Shown here: in pieces, positions 51,207 to 64,000 of the stretch
Numbering within the stretch: position 1 is the first letter of the stretch
How the letters are laid out: each line of letters starts with the position of its first letter
DNA from: Octopus sinensis
Taxonomy: Eukaryota
Direction of reading: 5' to 3'
Length of the DNA stretch: 64,000 bases
Assembly (NCBI RefSeq): GCF_006345805.1
Contig: NC_043006.1
Location: 22,878,001-22,942,000 of the forward strand
The notes under the pieces: generated by a model
What the model was told of the DNA's origin: nothing
Databases searched by the model: none
The model's input: only the letters and a program-made list of their open reading frames with translations
Made by a program: the position numbers and the translations under genes

Positions 51207-51875
51207 TTTACAAAGCAAGACATTAAAACATATTTGCCTAAGGACTATTATTCATCAACTCATGTTTTTGTTCGCAACGAGCTATAGTAGATGACACTCG
51301 CCCAAGATGCCGTGCAGTGGGACTGAAACTATGACTACATATTTGGAAAATAAGCTTCTTAACCATGGTCAACAGATGGTGGAATTTTCTAAAAATTGTC
51401 TGAAGGAAGCTTTAAAATAGCAAGAAACTGTTAACATTTGAAAACCCTACGACGATATTTACTTCCTCGAATAATTATCATTATTATTTATAGATATTTA
51501 TCTATTAAAAATATTTTTCTTGTCAAAAGTATTTATCTAGGTCATATTCATATTTTCATATTTAATTATGTTGTCAGAAGTAGTTTCATCAAATTGTTAT
51601 TGCGTTATGAAACCATCACTATTATTTTCAGCTTCCTTATGATCTATATCTGACTGTATAGTTCAGGTGAATGACCGAATCCAAGTTTAGTTGTTTAGAA
51701 GGAGATTATACTTTTCAGGGCATTCACCTCATAAGGGGGCTGTACACTTATAATGTTTATATCCCCTTTACGTTTCCAGTTGTTTGAATCACTGATTATC
51801 ACCACGTGTCTTAGTCTTGGATTTGCACATGGTCCCAAAAATAACATTTATTTCTAACTTATTGTAAGAAAGTTA

Positions 51876-52297
51876 GAATCTTTTCGGTTTGATCGGCAGT
51901 TTTTAACATAATTTCTAGGTAACTAAAACTTTTTAAACTTCGTATACTGGTAGAATGTTTTTATAAAACATCTTTTTCTCTTGGCTTTATTGAGAAAATT
52001 CTATAGTTTGTAAGATATTTGTTGTTTTTCTTCTTCAATTTCTGCAATTTCAACCAATCACTGACGTCTATTGAGGTAAAAACATTGTGTGCCGCATGAA
52101 TATGTCCCTAGTTTAAGAAACAGATTGGATTAATTTACATTTGTGAAGAAAAAAAGATACCCTTCTCCCCACCCCTAACCCTAACTCTAACCCTAAAACA
52201 GATTGAAATGCAATAGATCGATACTAGGGTCATAATTATGGGTGACAATTTCATATGACACCGCTAGAAAAAACTGCCGTTCAAACCGAAAAGATCC
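51876..52297 (+). mobile_element. MITE family F, 8-bp TSD GAAAGTTA
   Basis: TSD at 51868-51875 and 52298-52305; TIRs as in the other copies. Confidence 0.92.
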
Positions 52298-52430
52298 GAA
52301 AGTTATTATGCTTACATTAGAAATGAAAGTTCTTAGTTTGATTCCCGCTCGGGACAATGTATACAACCAATGATACCCTATGAATCGACCATCAAACCGA
52401 CCGCAAAGAAGTGTAAATACGATTTTTGTA

Positions 52431-52620
52431 AGCCACAGGTATGGCTCTGTGGTAGGCATAGGTGCATGGGTGTGTGTATTTTGGAGATGCTTGCTTCACA
52501 ACTATGTGGTTTTGAGTTCAGTCCCACTGCTTGGCACCTTGGGCACGTGTCTTCTGCTATTTCCCTGAGCTGACCAAAGCTTTGTGATGGATTTTGGTTG
52601 ACAGAAACTGAAAACAAAAT
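52431..52620 (+). mobile_element. SINE family C head and CORE region
   Basis: GGCACCTTGGGCACGTGTCTTC..GACCAAAGCTTTGTG; followed by a long (TA/TG)n tract 52645-53400. Confidence 0.7.
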
Positions 52621-52641
52621 ACAAGACGCTGTATAATGTTT

Positions 52642-52711
<70 letters not shown>

Positions 52712-53400
52712 ATATATGTATATGTATATAATGATGTATGTATTATGTGTATATGTATATGTGTATATGTATATGTATATGTATATATGTATATGTATAT
52801 ATATGTTATATATATTTATATGTATATATATATATGTCTATATATATATATATATAATATATGTTATATATGTGTATATATATATGTGTATATATATATG
52901 TGTATATATGTGTATATATATATGTGTATATATATATGTATATATATATATATGTATATATATATATGTATATATATATATGTATATATATGTATATATA
53001 TATATGTATATATATGTATGTATATATGCATGTATATATGCATGTATGTATGTATATATGTATGCATATATGTATGTATATATGTATGTATATATGTACA
53101 TATATATGTGTATATATATGTATGTATATATGTACATATATATGTGTATATATATATGTGTATATATATATGTGTATATATATATGTGTATACATATATG
53201 TGTATATATATATATGTATATATATATGTGTATACATATATGTGTATATATATATATGTATATATATATGTGTATACATATATGTATATATATATATGTA
53301 TATATATATGTGTATATATATATGTATATATATATGTATATACACATATATTATATACACATATATATATACACACATATATATATACACATATATATGT

Positions 53401-53782
53401 GTGGAGGCGCAATGGCCCAGTGGTTAGGGCAGCGGACTCGCGGTCGTAGGATCACGGTTTCGATTCCCAGACCGGGCATTGTGAGTGTTTATTGAGCGAA
53501 AACACCTAAAGCTCCACGAGGCTCCGGCAGGGGATGGTGGTGATCCCTGCTGTACTCTTTCACCACAACTTTCTCTCACTCTTACTTCCTGTTTCTGTTG
53601 TACCTGTATTTCAAAGGGCTGGCCTTGTCACACACTGTGTCACGCTGAATCTCCTCGAGAACTACGTTAAGGGTACACGTGTCTGTGGAATGCTCAGCCA
53701 CTTGCACGTTAATTCCACGAGCAAGCTGTTCCGTTGATCGTATCAGCTGGGACCCTCATCGTCGTAACCGACGGAGTGCTCC
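53401..53782 (+). mobile_element. SINE family B, full length
   Basis: A/B boxes, body and tail. Confidence 0.92.
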
Positions 53783-53903
53783 TAGATATATATATGTGTA
53801 TATATATATGTATATATATGTATATATATATGTGTATATGTATGTATATATGTATGCATATATGTATGTATATATATGTATATATGTATATATATATGCT
53901 TAT

Positions 53904-53975
53904 ATACTTTGATACTTTGATACTTTGATAGGTTTCGGCCATTATTGGCCCAGGCCATGTCTAACTTAATAGCAC
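53904..53975 (-). mobile_element. 3' tail of the CR1 element, with (ATCAAAGT)n repeats
   Basis: Reverse complement of 62692-62746 plus two extra 8-mer tail units. Confidence 0.85.
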
Positions 53976-54020
53976 ATATATATGTATGTATATATACGTA
54001 TGTATATATATGTATGTATG

Positions 54021-54072
<52 letters not shown>

Positions 54073-54095
54073 GTATATATATATTCGTTGTGTGC

Positions 54096-54312
54096 ATCCC
54101 GGACAAAGGCAACCACCCATTAGGGCGTTCATCGATGACCTCACAGTCATGACAGACTCAGCGCTAGGCTGCCAGTAGATTCTGCAGGGACTAGGAAAGG
54201 TGATGGAGTGGGCTCGGATGCGTTACAAACCAACCAAATCAAGATCTATGGTGTTGAGGAAAGCGAAGGTGGAGGACAAGTTCCGGTTTAACATCTCAGG
54301 AACAGCCATTCC
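54096..54312 (+). mobile_element. Hero-like RT fragment
   Basis: [36 protein letters not shown]. Confidence 0.75.
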
Positions 54313-54436
54313 GTGTGGCAACTGGTGTTGGTTTGTTTGCGTTCCTCCGTCAATTAGCGGATCGACTCAACGAGAGCAATAAAACACGCGTCAGACTTCA
54401 AATAAGTTCTTCATTGAAACTCAGCAATGCGATACT

Positions 54437-56535
54437 CCAGTATGGGTGCAGTCCAGTAACCGAAACAGATAAAGGAATTGTCATTTCGTCACAGCACTTT
54501 TATTTCTAGTTAACTTGTTAATTGTTTACCGCACGTTTCATACGAATTCTACAGATAAAAACAAAAACAGATAACAACAAAAACACGACGTGAGACTGGA
54601 AAATATAAAGTACAAAAAACAAAAATAAATTAAAAGAAGAAAAACATGACAGCTGGGATGAGGACAGAAAACAAGATTAAAAGATGCTAAGCAATCGAAT
54701 GTTTGTATACATTTTATATTCTTTCTTATGACAAAGAATAGACATAATTTTATGGAATTTCCCTGGGGAGATTTTGAAAGAGCAGAATTCGAACTGCTTC
54801 CCCAACACTTTCCAGGTAACTAAAACGTCAAGAAGGATTTTCTCAAACATATATTTATTCCTATCTTAATCACATTTTTAGATGTAGTTATTGAATTAGA
54901 AACAACTTGTTTTATTGGCATAAATCCATCTTGACTATTTCAGCTTTCTCGTGACCTATATTTTATAAGTACAGGTGAATGACCGACTGTGAGAATTTCT
55001 GTTAAGGGGATTTTGTGTTTTTCAGGGTATTGACCTCATAGCAAGGGAGTCCAACATACGTGTATTTACTCAACGTTTGTTTTTGTTTGATTTGCGATCG
55101 TCACCAGGCAATTTTGTTCCTGAATATTTGCATGATTCCTGACTGGATTCGATGTAGAAATATCTATTTCTAAATCACTTATATATATAAAAAAAATTAA
55201 ACATAAAAAAAAAAAAAAAAAAACTTGATCCCTGGGGTGGAATAAACTTAAATTGTCACTCTAATTTCAACTTTGTTCTGTGCTGCAGAGCAGCTTTTGC
55301 ACTTTAAGTTAATTGTAGGTGTCTGTATATGTGATCGTGTATCGGAAATTATCAGCTCTGTATTTATATCAATGACATCCTGATCCCAGGCCCTGTAGGT
55401 GAGAGAGCAATAAGTGTTCGGAAATTACATCGAAACTCTACATCGAAACTAGACTGCGACTATGCACACATTCTGGGTATAAAACGGGATAATCAGAAAT
55501 CAAGCAAATGTGTAAATATGATGATCAGAAATCAAGAAATGTGTAAATATAAATATTGCCTATGCTTGTACTCCCTCCGTACGCGGTCAATGGCCTGAAA
55601 TATATAATCCCCTTAATAACAGCTATTCTCGCTCTCGGTCATTCACCTGTACTCATAAATGTAGGTCACGAGAAAGCTAAAAATATAGGTCTTAAGATGG
55701 CTTAATGTCAATAAAATGATTTGATTGGTTTGTTTCTAATGGAATAATCAAATCTAAAAGTATGATGAAGAAGTGAAGAAAGGTGTTAAGCATACATTCA
55801 GATTTAGTCATTAAAATACAGTCAAGATATTTTTTCTCATTAATTATTATGAAGCATTTGTTTTTAAGAGAACAGTAAATGATAATTTGGAATTTCTGGA
55901 ACTGGTTTTAAATCTTGTATTTTGTTCAAGATTTCTTTTCTGTTTTTTTCGTACATAATTAATATTCTTATATTCTAAAACTTATGCTGATATTTTGGGA
56001 ATTTATTATAAGTTTCGGGAAAATATTTCGACTATTTTGTTGTTGCAAGAACTCAGAAAATCCAAATTTATTGGTTCAATCCCCCTCTGTTAACCACCCC
56101 GATGTCATTTACAATTCAGTAATGAGTGGCTGTGAGAATTTCTGTTGCTAAGGGGATTTTGTGTTTTTCAGGGTATTGACCTTATAGCAAGGGAGTTCAA
56201 CATACGTGTATTTACTCAACGTTTGTCTTTGTTTGATTTGCGATCGCCACCGGGCAGTTTTGTTCCTGAATATTTGCATAATTCCTGACTGGATTCGATG
56301 TAGAAATATCTATTTCTAAATAATTTATAAAAAAGAAACATGTTACCTGGGGTGGAATAAACTTAATTTGTCACTCTAATTTCAACGTTGTCCTGTCCTG
56401 CAGAGCAGCTTTTGCACTTTAAGTTAATTCTAGGTGTCTGTATATGTGATTGTATAGCGGAAATTATCAGCTCTGTATTCATATTTAATGATAGCTTGAC
56501 TCCAGCCCCTGTAAGTGAGAGAGCAAATAATTTCG
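54437..56535 (-). repeat. Inverted paralog of 12944-15936
   Basis: Reverse-complement colinearity of the subunits. Confidence 0.85.
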
Positions 56536-56722
56536 ATCGGCGCAGGCATTGCACTACAGGGGCAGAAATAGATGTGAAGTTTAAAAGTTCGCTTTGCAAT
56601 CACGAGGTTTCGGGTTCAGTCTCACTGCACGACACGTTGGGCAAGTGTCTTCTGCTATAACCTCAGGTCGACCAATACCTTGTGAATAGATTTGGTAAAA
56701 AGACACTATGTGGAAGTCCATG

Positions 56723-56757
<35 letters not shown>

Positions 56758-56793
56758 ATATATATATATATTATATATATATATATATATATA

Positions 56794-57345
56794 CGGTCGC
56801 TGCCCCCACGTTATCGAGTATGGCCATTGCACGAAGCTTAATCAATGTTGTTATCATGCAATGCCTATGCAAGAAGATTTTCTTAAAGTGAGGAAAGGCT
56901 GTGCACTGAGTCAATCCCACTCACTAAGCAACAGCAACCATAATCCGAACAGAAGAACAAGTCAGCATCATCGGTAACCACTGAGCCGCAGGTTTTATGT
57001 CGGAGTTATCCCAGTTACCTGAGTTACCTTCTCCTAGAAGGATGCCCTTACAAAGGCTAGGAATCCTTCACTCCCAATGGTTTAACCGCGCGATCGTGTA
57101 TTCAGTCTGATTATTTCTATGTCCCCGTGCATGATACAGCCGTAAGACATTTATTGGATGGCCGTTGACTCCCAAGAGTTCCTCCGCCCTTTGACGGGTT
57201 TTGTTTTTCATCCCGCAGGATGTCCAATAAACACCCTCCTCACCAAGTAAGCTTGGTGGGGTTGCCAGTTTAGTGGCCGACGAACCGACCATGCAACAGG
57301 TTGTACTGGGTTACATGTTACTAGTGGCACTCGAAAGTGGCCTGA
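56794..57345 (-). mobile_element. Internally deleted RTE-like derivative (5' UTR joined to 3' UTR), with an HDV-like fold at 57265-57317
   Basis: CTAGGAGAAGGTAACTC resembles an RTE 5'-UTR motif as recalled; the 39-bp 3' UTR is shared with 36104-36142. Confidence 0.55.
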
Positions 57346-57362
57346 CACACACACACACACAC

Positions 57363-57410
<48 letters not shown>

Positions 57411-57414
<4 letters not shown>

Positions 57415-58724
57415 CGTAACGGTAAAGATTTAATGCAACGGTATGTTGTAAGATGTGAAAGATGAAGGAAGAACAGTGATCAAAGTTGATGTTGACTCCA
57501 GTTTTTCAGTTATCGTTACTTAATATAATATAAGGCTAGAGTAATTATATAACACAGTTCGTAAAGCATACAAGGTAAAGAAAGTTAATTTCGACCTGTA
57601 TATGTGTATACTCGATCTCACAATAGTATATAGAGAGATATGGTAATATTAAAGAGAAAAGAAAGTAAGTAAAAGTGAGAGTGGTGGTGGGACGAAACAA
57701 TTGTTCCGTTGGTGAGTTACCATAGTTGTCCCTTTGTGCCTTTTCCTTCAGAGACGGCGTTTTGGGAGTTCTTTCTTTTTATAACTATCCAAAACCAACC
57801 AGAAGGATTGACATATTGTTGAGAACAACAGATTTCTTTGGTGGTACCTGTTATCTCTATTCTAGCTTTTGGTGGCATAGAAGAGATTGGAAGGATCATG
57901 TGGCAAAGACATTTTTCTGCTTAGCGAAGACATCTGGCAAGTGTAACTGCTGTCTCTCACTGAAAAACTATTGTTTTACCGTGAACTGTGAAGTGAAATT
58001 TGGCGATCGAGGATCGAATCCACGCTATGCTTGCATGAAGCCACTACGTATATATATATATAATATATATATATATATTATATATATACATACGTAACGG
58101 TAAAGATTTAATGCAACGGTATGTTGTAAGATGTGAAAGATGAAGGAAGAACAGTGATCAAAGTTGATGTTGACTCCAGTTTTTCAGTTATCGTTACTTA
58201 ATATAATATAAGGCTAGAGTAATTATATAACACAGTTCGTAAAGCATACAAGGTAAAGAAAGTTAATTTCGACCTGTATATGTGTATACTCGATCTCACA
58301 ATAGTATATAGAGAGATATGGTAATATTAAAGAGAAAAGAAAGTAAGTAAAAGTGAGAGTGGTGGTGGGACGAAACAATTGTTCCGTTGGTGAGTTACCA
58401 TAGTTGTCCCTTTGTGCCTTTTCCTTCAGAGACGGCGTTTTGGGAGTTCTTTCTTTTTATAACTATCCAAAACCAACCAGAAGGATTGACATATTGTTGA
58501 GAACAACAGATTTCTTTGGTGGTACCTGTTATCTCTATTCTAGCTTTTGGTGGCATAGAAGAGATTGGAAGGATCATGTGGCAAGACATTTTTCTGCTTA
58601 GCGAAGACATCTGGCAAGTGTAACTGCTGTCTCTCACTGAAAAACTATTGTTTTACCGTGAACTGTGAAGTGAAATTTGGCGATCGAGGATCGAATCCAC
58701 GCTATGCTTGCATGAAGCCACTAC

Positions 58725-58725
<1 letters not shown>
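57411..58725. repeat. Near-perfect tandem duplication, 678-bp period (57411-58048 and 58089-58725), bounded by (TA)n
   Basis: Identical text by eye except a 1-bp indel (GGCAAAGAC versus GGCAAGAC). Confidence 0.95.
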
Positions 58726-58761
<36 letters not shown>

Positions 58762-59029
58762 CAGCATCAATGTAGCCTAAATTCCTTCTTCTTCGCCATC
58801 TCCTGTTCTTTATTCTTTACAACTTTAGACGATCGCCTACTCCCAAATTTTGGACCTCTCCCTTCTCTCTTACCGACCACTTTATTTCTTCGTACATTTA
58901 TTTTTCTACTGTGTTTTATTTTTTTTTATTTCGTTCTTCCGGCTTCACCACTCATTTTAAATTATATCTCTGGCGAGTCAACTTGGTATTCCTTAACGAC
59001 AGTGTAAACCATTATTTAACTAACGTATC

Positions 59030-59115
59030 TTCGGCCTGAAGAGTAGCTAGTGGAGTAACCCTCGTTCAGTAATTACTTCCTAGGATCTGCTAGCTAAGGA
59101 ACATATGTAACCTGA
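59030..59115 (+). ncRNA. Degenerate hammerhead-like motif with a long stem II
   Basis: CTGAAGA-G-TAGCTAG..CTAGCTA-A-GGAAC-ATAT-GT-A; ACATATGT palindrome; two core substitutions. Confidence 0.35.
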
Positions 59116-59378
59116 ATTTTACCTGCTCCACTCCTACATTTTGGGTTTTTATTTGTATTCATAGCAACAATAGTTGCTAACCGTGAACTATGAAAAAAAG
59201 AAAAAAAAAATGAGTTCTTTTTCAGCTTGTTGAATTTCGAAATGAGGAAAAGCCAACGATCTTCAACGTCAGCAAACTATCATTGTTCCAGGATGTTGTT
59301 TTTTATACCTACCGCGGACTGCTCGAAGCACACTAACTTCCCACACGTAGACTCTTGGATCATTTGAAATATATATGT

Positions 59379-59520
59379 AAGCGTAGGAGTGGGTGTGTGG
59401 TAAGTAGCTTGCTTACGAACCGCATGTTTCCGGGTACAGTCTCACTGCGTGGCACCTAGGGCATGTGTCATCTACTATAACCTTGGGCCGACCAAAGCCT
59501 TGTGAGTGGATTTGGTAGAC
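59379..59520 (+). mobile_element. SINE family C head (other C heads at ~16382-16480 minus, ~51260-51365 minus, ~56560-56730 plus)
   Basis: GCGTAGGAGTGGGTGTGTGGTAAGTAGCTTGC..GGCACCTAGGGCATGTGTC. Confidence 0.8.
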
Positions 59521-59669
59521 AATGACTTCAAAGTTTTGACTTTCATCAGACTGTAAAGGTTTACATGTACATACATATATAGATAGATACACGCACAAAC
59601 ACACATACACCTTTGGAGGGAATTTTAGGTGCAATCCCATGGTCATTACTGACCGAAGGGGGATTTTAA

Positions 59670-59708
<39 letters not shown>

Positions 59709-59984
59709 GTAGATATATATGTATATTTATATATTATATATTTATATATATGTATATAAATACATATATATTTATATATATGTATATAAATACATATTTA
59801 TAATATATATATGTATATATATATATATATATATATGTATATTATATATATATAATATATTTACATATATATTTACATATATATACATATATATATATAC
59901 ATATATATGTATATGTATATATGTATATATATGTGTATATGTATATATGTTATATATATGTGTATATATATGTGTATGATTCAT

Positions 59985-62746
59985 TTACGGCAGATGGAAA
60001 TAGTATATTCTCCAACGGCTACTGTGAATCAGTCACCGTGCACACAAAGCCATGACCTGACAGTAATTGGGCTCTATAGGCCGCCCCAAACACCCATACT
60101 GTGCTTTAAAGAATGCCTCAACAGCATTAAGTGCTTTATTCAACAGTGCCATTCTAGCAACATACTCATGATGGGAGACTTCAATCTACCCTGTGTTGAC
60201 TGGACTACAAACTGTTTGAAACCAAGCACTCCCGCCTCAACCGCTGACAAAGAAGCAGCAGAGTCACTTTTCGACTTTACGAATGAGTTTTTCTTGTCCC
60301 AACTTGTCCTTGCACCAACAAGACATCAGAACATTTGGGACCTAGTGTTTAGTAACCACACTAACACTATACATAACGTTACAGTGGAAAAAACCCTTCT
60401 TTCAGACCATGACATGGTTCTCTGTAACATGAAATTCCACCAGCCGAAAGCTAATCCTAGTGACCTTCCTCCAGCCCCCATTTGACAACATGGATCTCCA
60501 TAAAGCCAACTGGGATGCAATCAGGAACGAGCTATCAAATGTTGACTGGTCCTTTACACATACACACATCTCCACCAACCATAAACATCTTGGCAGATCT
60601 TTGTAGACACCGTCACAGACATATGTGCAAAACACTCCCCACCAACCTGTGAACAAAAGTGCAGAATCCCCCAAAACAGAAAAACCATTATCAGAAAAAT
60701 AAAAAGAACAAACAAAAAATTAACAAACTAAAGTACTGCCAACAGCAACACACACATTCGACGGCTATCGCACTGCTTGAATCCAAAAAATATACCTCCA
60801 ACAATGCATGAAGACCCTCATCAATAACCAAAGATCAGCTGAGGAGAAGTGGGCCATTGAAAAAATCAAACTCAACCCCAAAGTGTTCTTTTCATTTGCG
60901 AGGAAACGCAGGGTCACTGTCTCCACTGTAGGCCCTCTAATTGACGAAACTGGCACTCTCCAAGATAATGCCAAATCCATGGCCGAGATACTGCAGAAAC
61001 AATACTGCTCTGTTTTCAGCAATCCTGATATGGCCGATCTGGCTGTATCAGTGATGTCAACCCCCAACACACTATATCGGACATAACGTTTAGTGCCCCT
61101 GATGTCTTAGCGGCGATAAACGAAATAAAACACAATTCAGCAGTAGCCCCGATAGGTTCCCTGCTTGTGTCCTGAAGGTGTGTCGACACCAACTTGCATC
61201 TCCCCTTGCTAATCTGTGGAGAAACTCACTGGATGCTGGCTATATTCCAAAAAACCTTCTGTCCCAGTCTGTTGTCCCAGTTTTCAAAAAGGGAAACAAG
61301 TCCCTTGCAGTGAATTACCGTCCGATCTCACTCACCTCTCATATCATCAAGGTATTTGAGAGGGTGGTGAGATCTCGAATAACCCAATTTCTGGAAAGCA
61401 ACAGACGGCTGATCTCCAACAACATGGGTTCCGTAATGGAAGGGACTGCCTAACGCAGCTCCTGCATCACTTTGAGGACATTTTGAGAGCTTTGGGAGAG
61501 GGCTCCAACACCGATGTCATCTACCTTGATTTCAGTAAGGCCTTCGACAGGGTCGATCACAAGATCCTATTGAAAAAACTATCCAACATTGGTGTCTCTG
61601 GAAAGTTACTGAATGGATTAAGTGTTTCCTGACAGACAGATCTCAACATGTTGTAGTTGAAGGGGTAAAATCAAGCCCAGCCAAAGTCAGTAGTGGCGTT
61701 CCGCAAGGCACTGTGCTGGGCCCACTTCTTTTCATCATTTACATTAATGACATTAATGACATCATCAAGCACAGCAGCATAAAAATCTTTGCAGATGACT
61801 CCAAGCTACAGAAGGTCATAAATGAGGCGAGTGACCGGACATGCCTTCAGTCAGATCTACTGGCTGTTATCCAATGGGCAGAAAAAAACAATATGCTGCT
61901 GAACGAGGATAAATTTGAGCTAATCCACTTTGGAAAAGAGGATGCCCTGAAACTCCCATACTCCCTTCCTTCAGGTGAAACTCTCGCGGCGTCCAACAAC
62001 ATCAGAGACTTGGGAGTAATTGTGGACAACAACGTAAGCTGGGCCACTCATATAAACCAAAGTTGACATGGCCCGCAGAATGTGTTCCTGGATTCTCAGA
62101 ACTTTCCAGTCGAGAGATATCCACACCATTATCCTTCTCTTCTCCACTTTTGCCCGACCCCACCTTGAATACTGTTGTCCACTGTGGTCTCCCCACACAA
62201 TACAAGGTATCATAAAAGTTGAAGCACCTCAAGGGCAATCACAAAAAGATAGATGGCATGACAGGCCTCGACTATTGGGGTCGACTAGAAAAGCTAAAAC
62301 TCTATTCTCTCCAACGTCGTCGTGAGCGCTACATCATCTGCATGATGTGGAAAATATTCCATCAGCATTGCCCAAATGATGTTGGCATCACCTTTAAGGT
62401 ACATCCAAGGCTTGGCCCCGTGCCATCCGCCCAAAACAAAAATCGCACTCTCATCTCATAACAACAATACGGCACAATTATTTCACCTCAATTGGCCCCG
62501 CTCTCTTTAACATTACACCAAAACACATTAAACAGAAACTGACCCTATAGGGTTCAAGAAGTCTTTGGACAGATTCCTTCAAGAAATCCCGGATAAACCC
62601 CCTACACACCGGATATGTCTCTGTAAACAATAACTCTCTACTTGAGTGGGCCATAGTGCCCAAATTCTGACTTGAAAGACTTCACCAGGTGGTGCTATTA
62701 AGTTAGACATGGCCTGGGCCAATAATGGCCGAAACCTATCAAAGTA
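59985..62746 (+). mobile_element. CR1-clade LINE, 5'-truncated pseudogenized ORF2 (APE plus RT) and 3' UTR
   Basis: GLYRPP, MGDFNLPCVDW, PTRHQNIWDLVFSN, SDH; NYRPISLTSHIIKVFER, YLDFSKAFDRVDH, SGVPQGTVLGPLLF, FADDSKL, RPHLEYCCPLWSP; multiple frameshifts. Confidence 0.95.
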
Positions 62747-63199
62747 TATTATGTGTATATATATATGTATATATATATATTTATATATATGTATATATAT
62801 ATGCGTGTATATATATGTGTGTATATATATGTGTGTATATATATATGTGTATATATATATGTGTATATATATCTGTGTATATATATGTGTATATATATAT
62901 GTGTGTATATATGTATGTGTATATATATATGTGTATATATATATATATGTGTATATATATATGTGTATATATATATATGTATATATATATATATGTGTAT
63001 AATATATATGTGTATATATATATGTATATATATATGTGTATATATATGTGTATATATATATATGTATATATATATATGTGTATGTATATATATATATGTA
63101 TATATATGTATGTATATATATATATATATATGTATGTATATATATATGTATGTATACATATGTATATATATGTATGTATATATATATATGTATGTATAT

Positions 63200-63560
63200 A
63201 TCCCGGAGAAAGGCAACCACCCATTAGGGCGTTCATGGATGACCTCACAGTCATGATAGACTCAGCGCTAGGCTGCCAGTAGATTCTGCAGGGACTAGAA
63301 AAGGTGATGGAGTGGTTTCGGATGCGTTACAAACCAACGAAATCAAGATCTATGGTGCTGAGGAAAGGGAAGGAGGAGGACAAATTCCAGTTTAACATCT
63401 CAGGAACAGCCACTCCAGCAATCACAGAGAAGCCAGACAAGAGCTTGGGTAAGGTTTTCGACAGCTCATTAAGAGACACCACATCTATCCAGTCGGCCTG
63501 CACTGAGTTGGATGGATGGCCGAAATCCATGAACCAGTCAGGCCTACCTGGGAAGTTTAT
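63200..63560 (+). mobile_element. Hero-like RT fragment
   Basis: [39 protein letters not shown]. Confidence 0.75.
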
Positions 63561-64000
63561 GTACATATATATATATATATATATATATAAGGGTAGCAAA
63601 AAATTCTAGAAAATATTCTCCGCTACCTATTATGGCCATTCTTTATATTGTTGAATATATATATATAATTTCAGCAAAACAATTAAGATTCACATGAATT
63701 CAAATGAATATGGTACTTAACTTAGATGCACCAGAATTCTTTATGGTATTAACCATAAAAATATGTGGGGTGATTATAACCAAGAAAAAAGTAACAAGAA
63801 TGGATCAGTAATTTAGTACACTTGTTTCATACTAAGAACATTTTATTTAAAGCTGCAAATATTACAGCAAATATAATGTCAAGTATTCATCAGCTAAATC
63901 ACGTATATGTTTTCCAAACATCCTAGATAGTGTAAATATCCTTATGAAGTATTCAGAGTGAGTTCTATGAATTTGAAGTAAGGTAATAAGCAGACTTTAT

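Overview
Gene-poor, repeat-saturated animal DNA with one 100-N gap (19101-19200). It is most likely an octopus: the SINE families resemble the octopod OK/OR-type tRNA-SINEs as I recall them, which is an inference and not a search result. I find no intact host gene. Almost all long ORFs in the track are microsatellite translations or transposon debris. The window holds: (1) at least five tRNA-headed SINE families, labelled here A, B, C, H and a hammerhead-bearing one, with family A often in head-to-tail ~180-bp concatemers; (2) decayed non-LTR retroelements (CR1, RTE, R4/Dong-like, Hero-like, Tx1-like, Penelope-like); (3) a decayed Ty3/Gypsy element carrying three nested insertions; (4) a ~420-bp TIR MITE (4 copies, 8-bp TSD); (5) non-autonomous Helitron-like elements; (6) several local direct, inverted and fold-back duplications. 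The most unusual signals are ribozyme-like motifs: minimal type-I hammerheads in Penelope-like tails and in a tRNA-headed SINE, and an HDV-like fold at the 5' end of an internally deleted RTE derivative. All ribozyme calls were folded by eye, and most copies look mutated.
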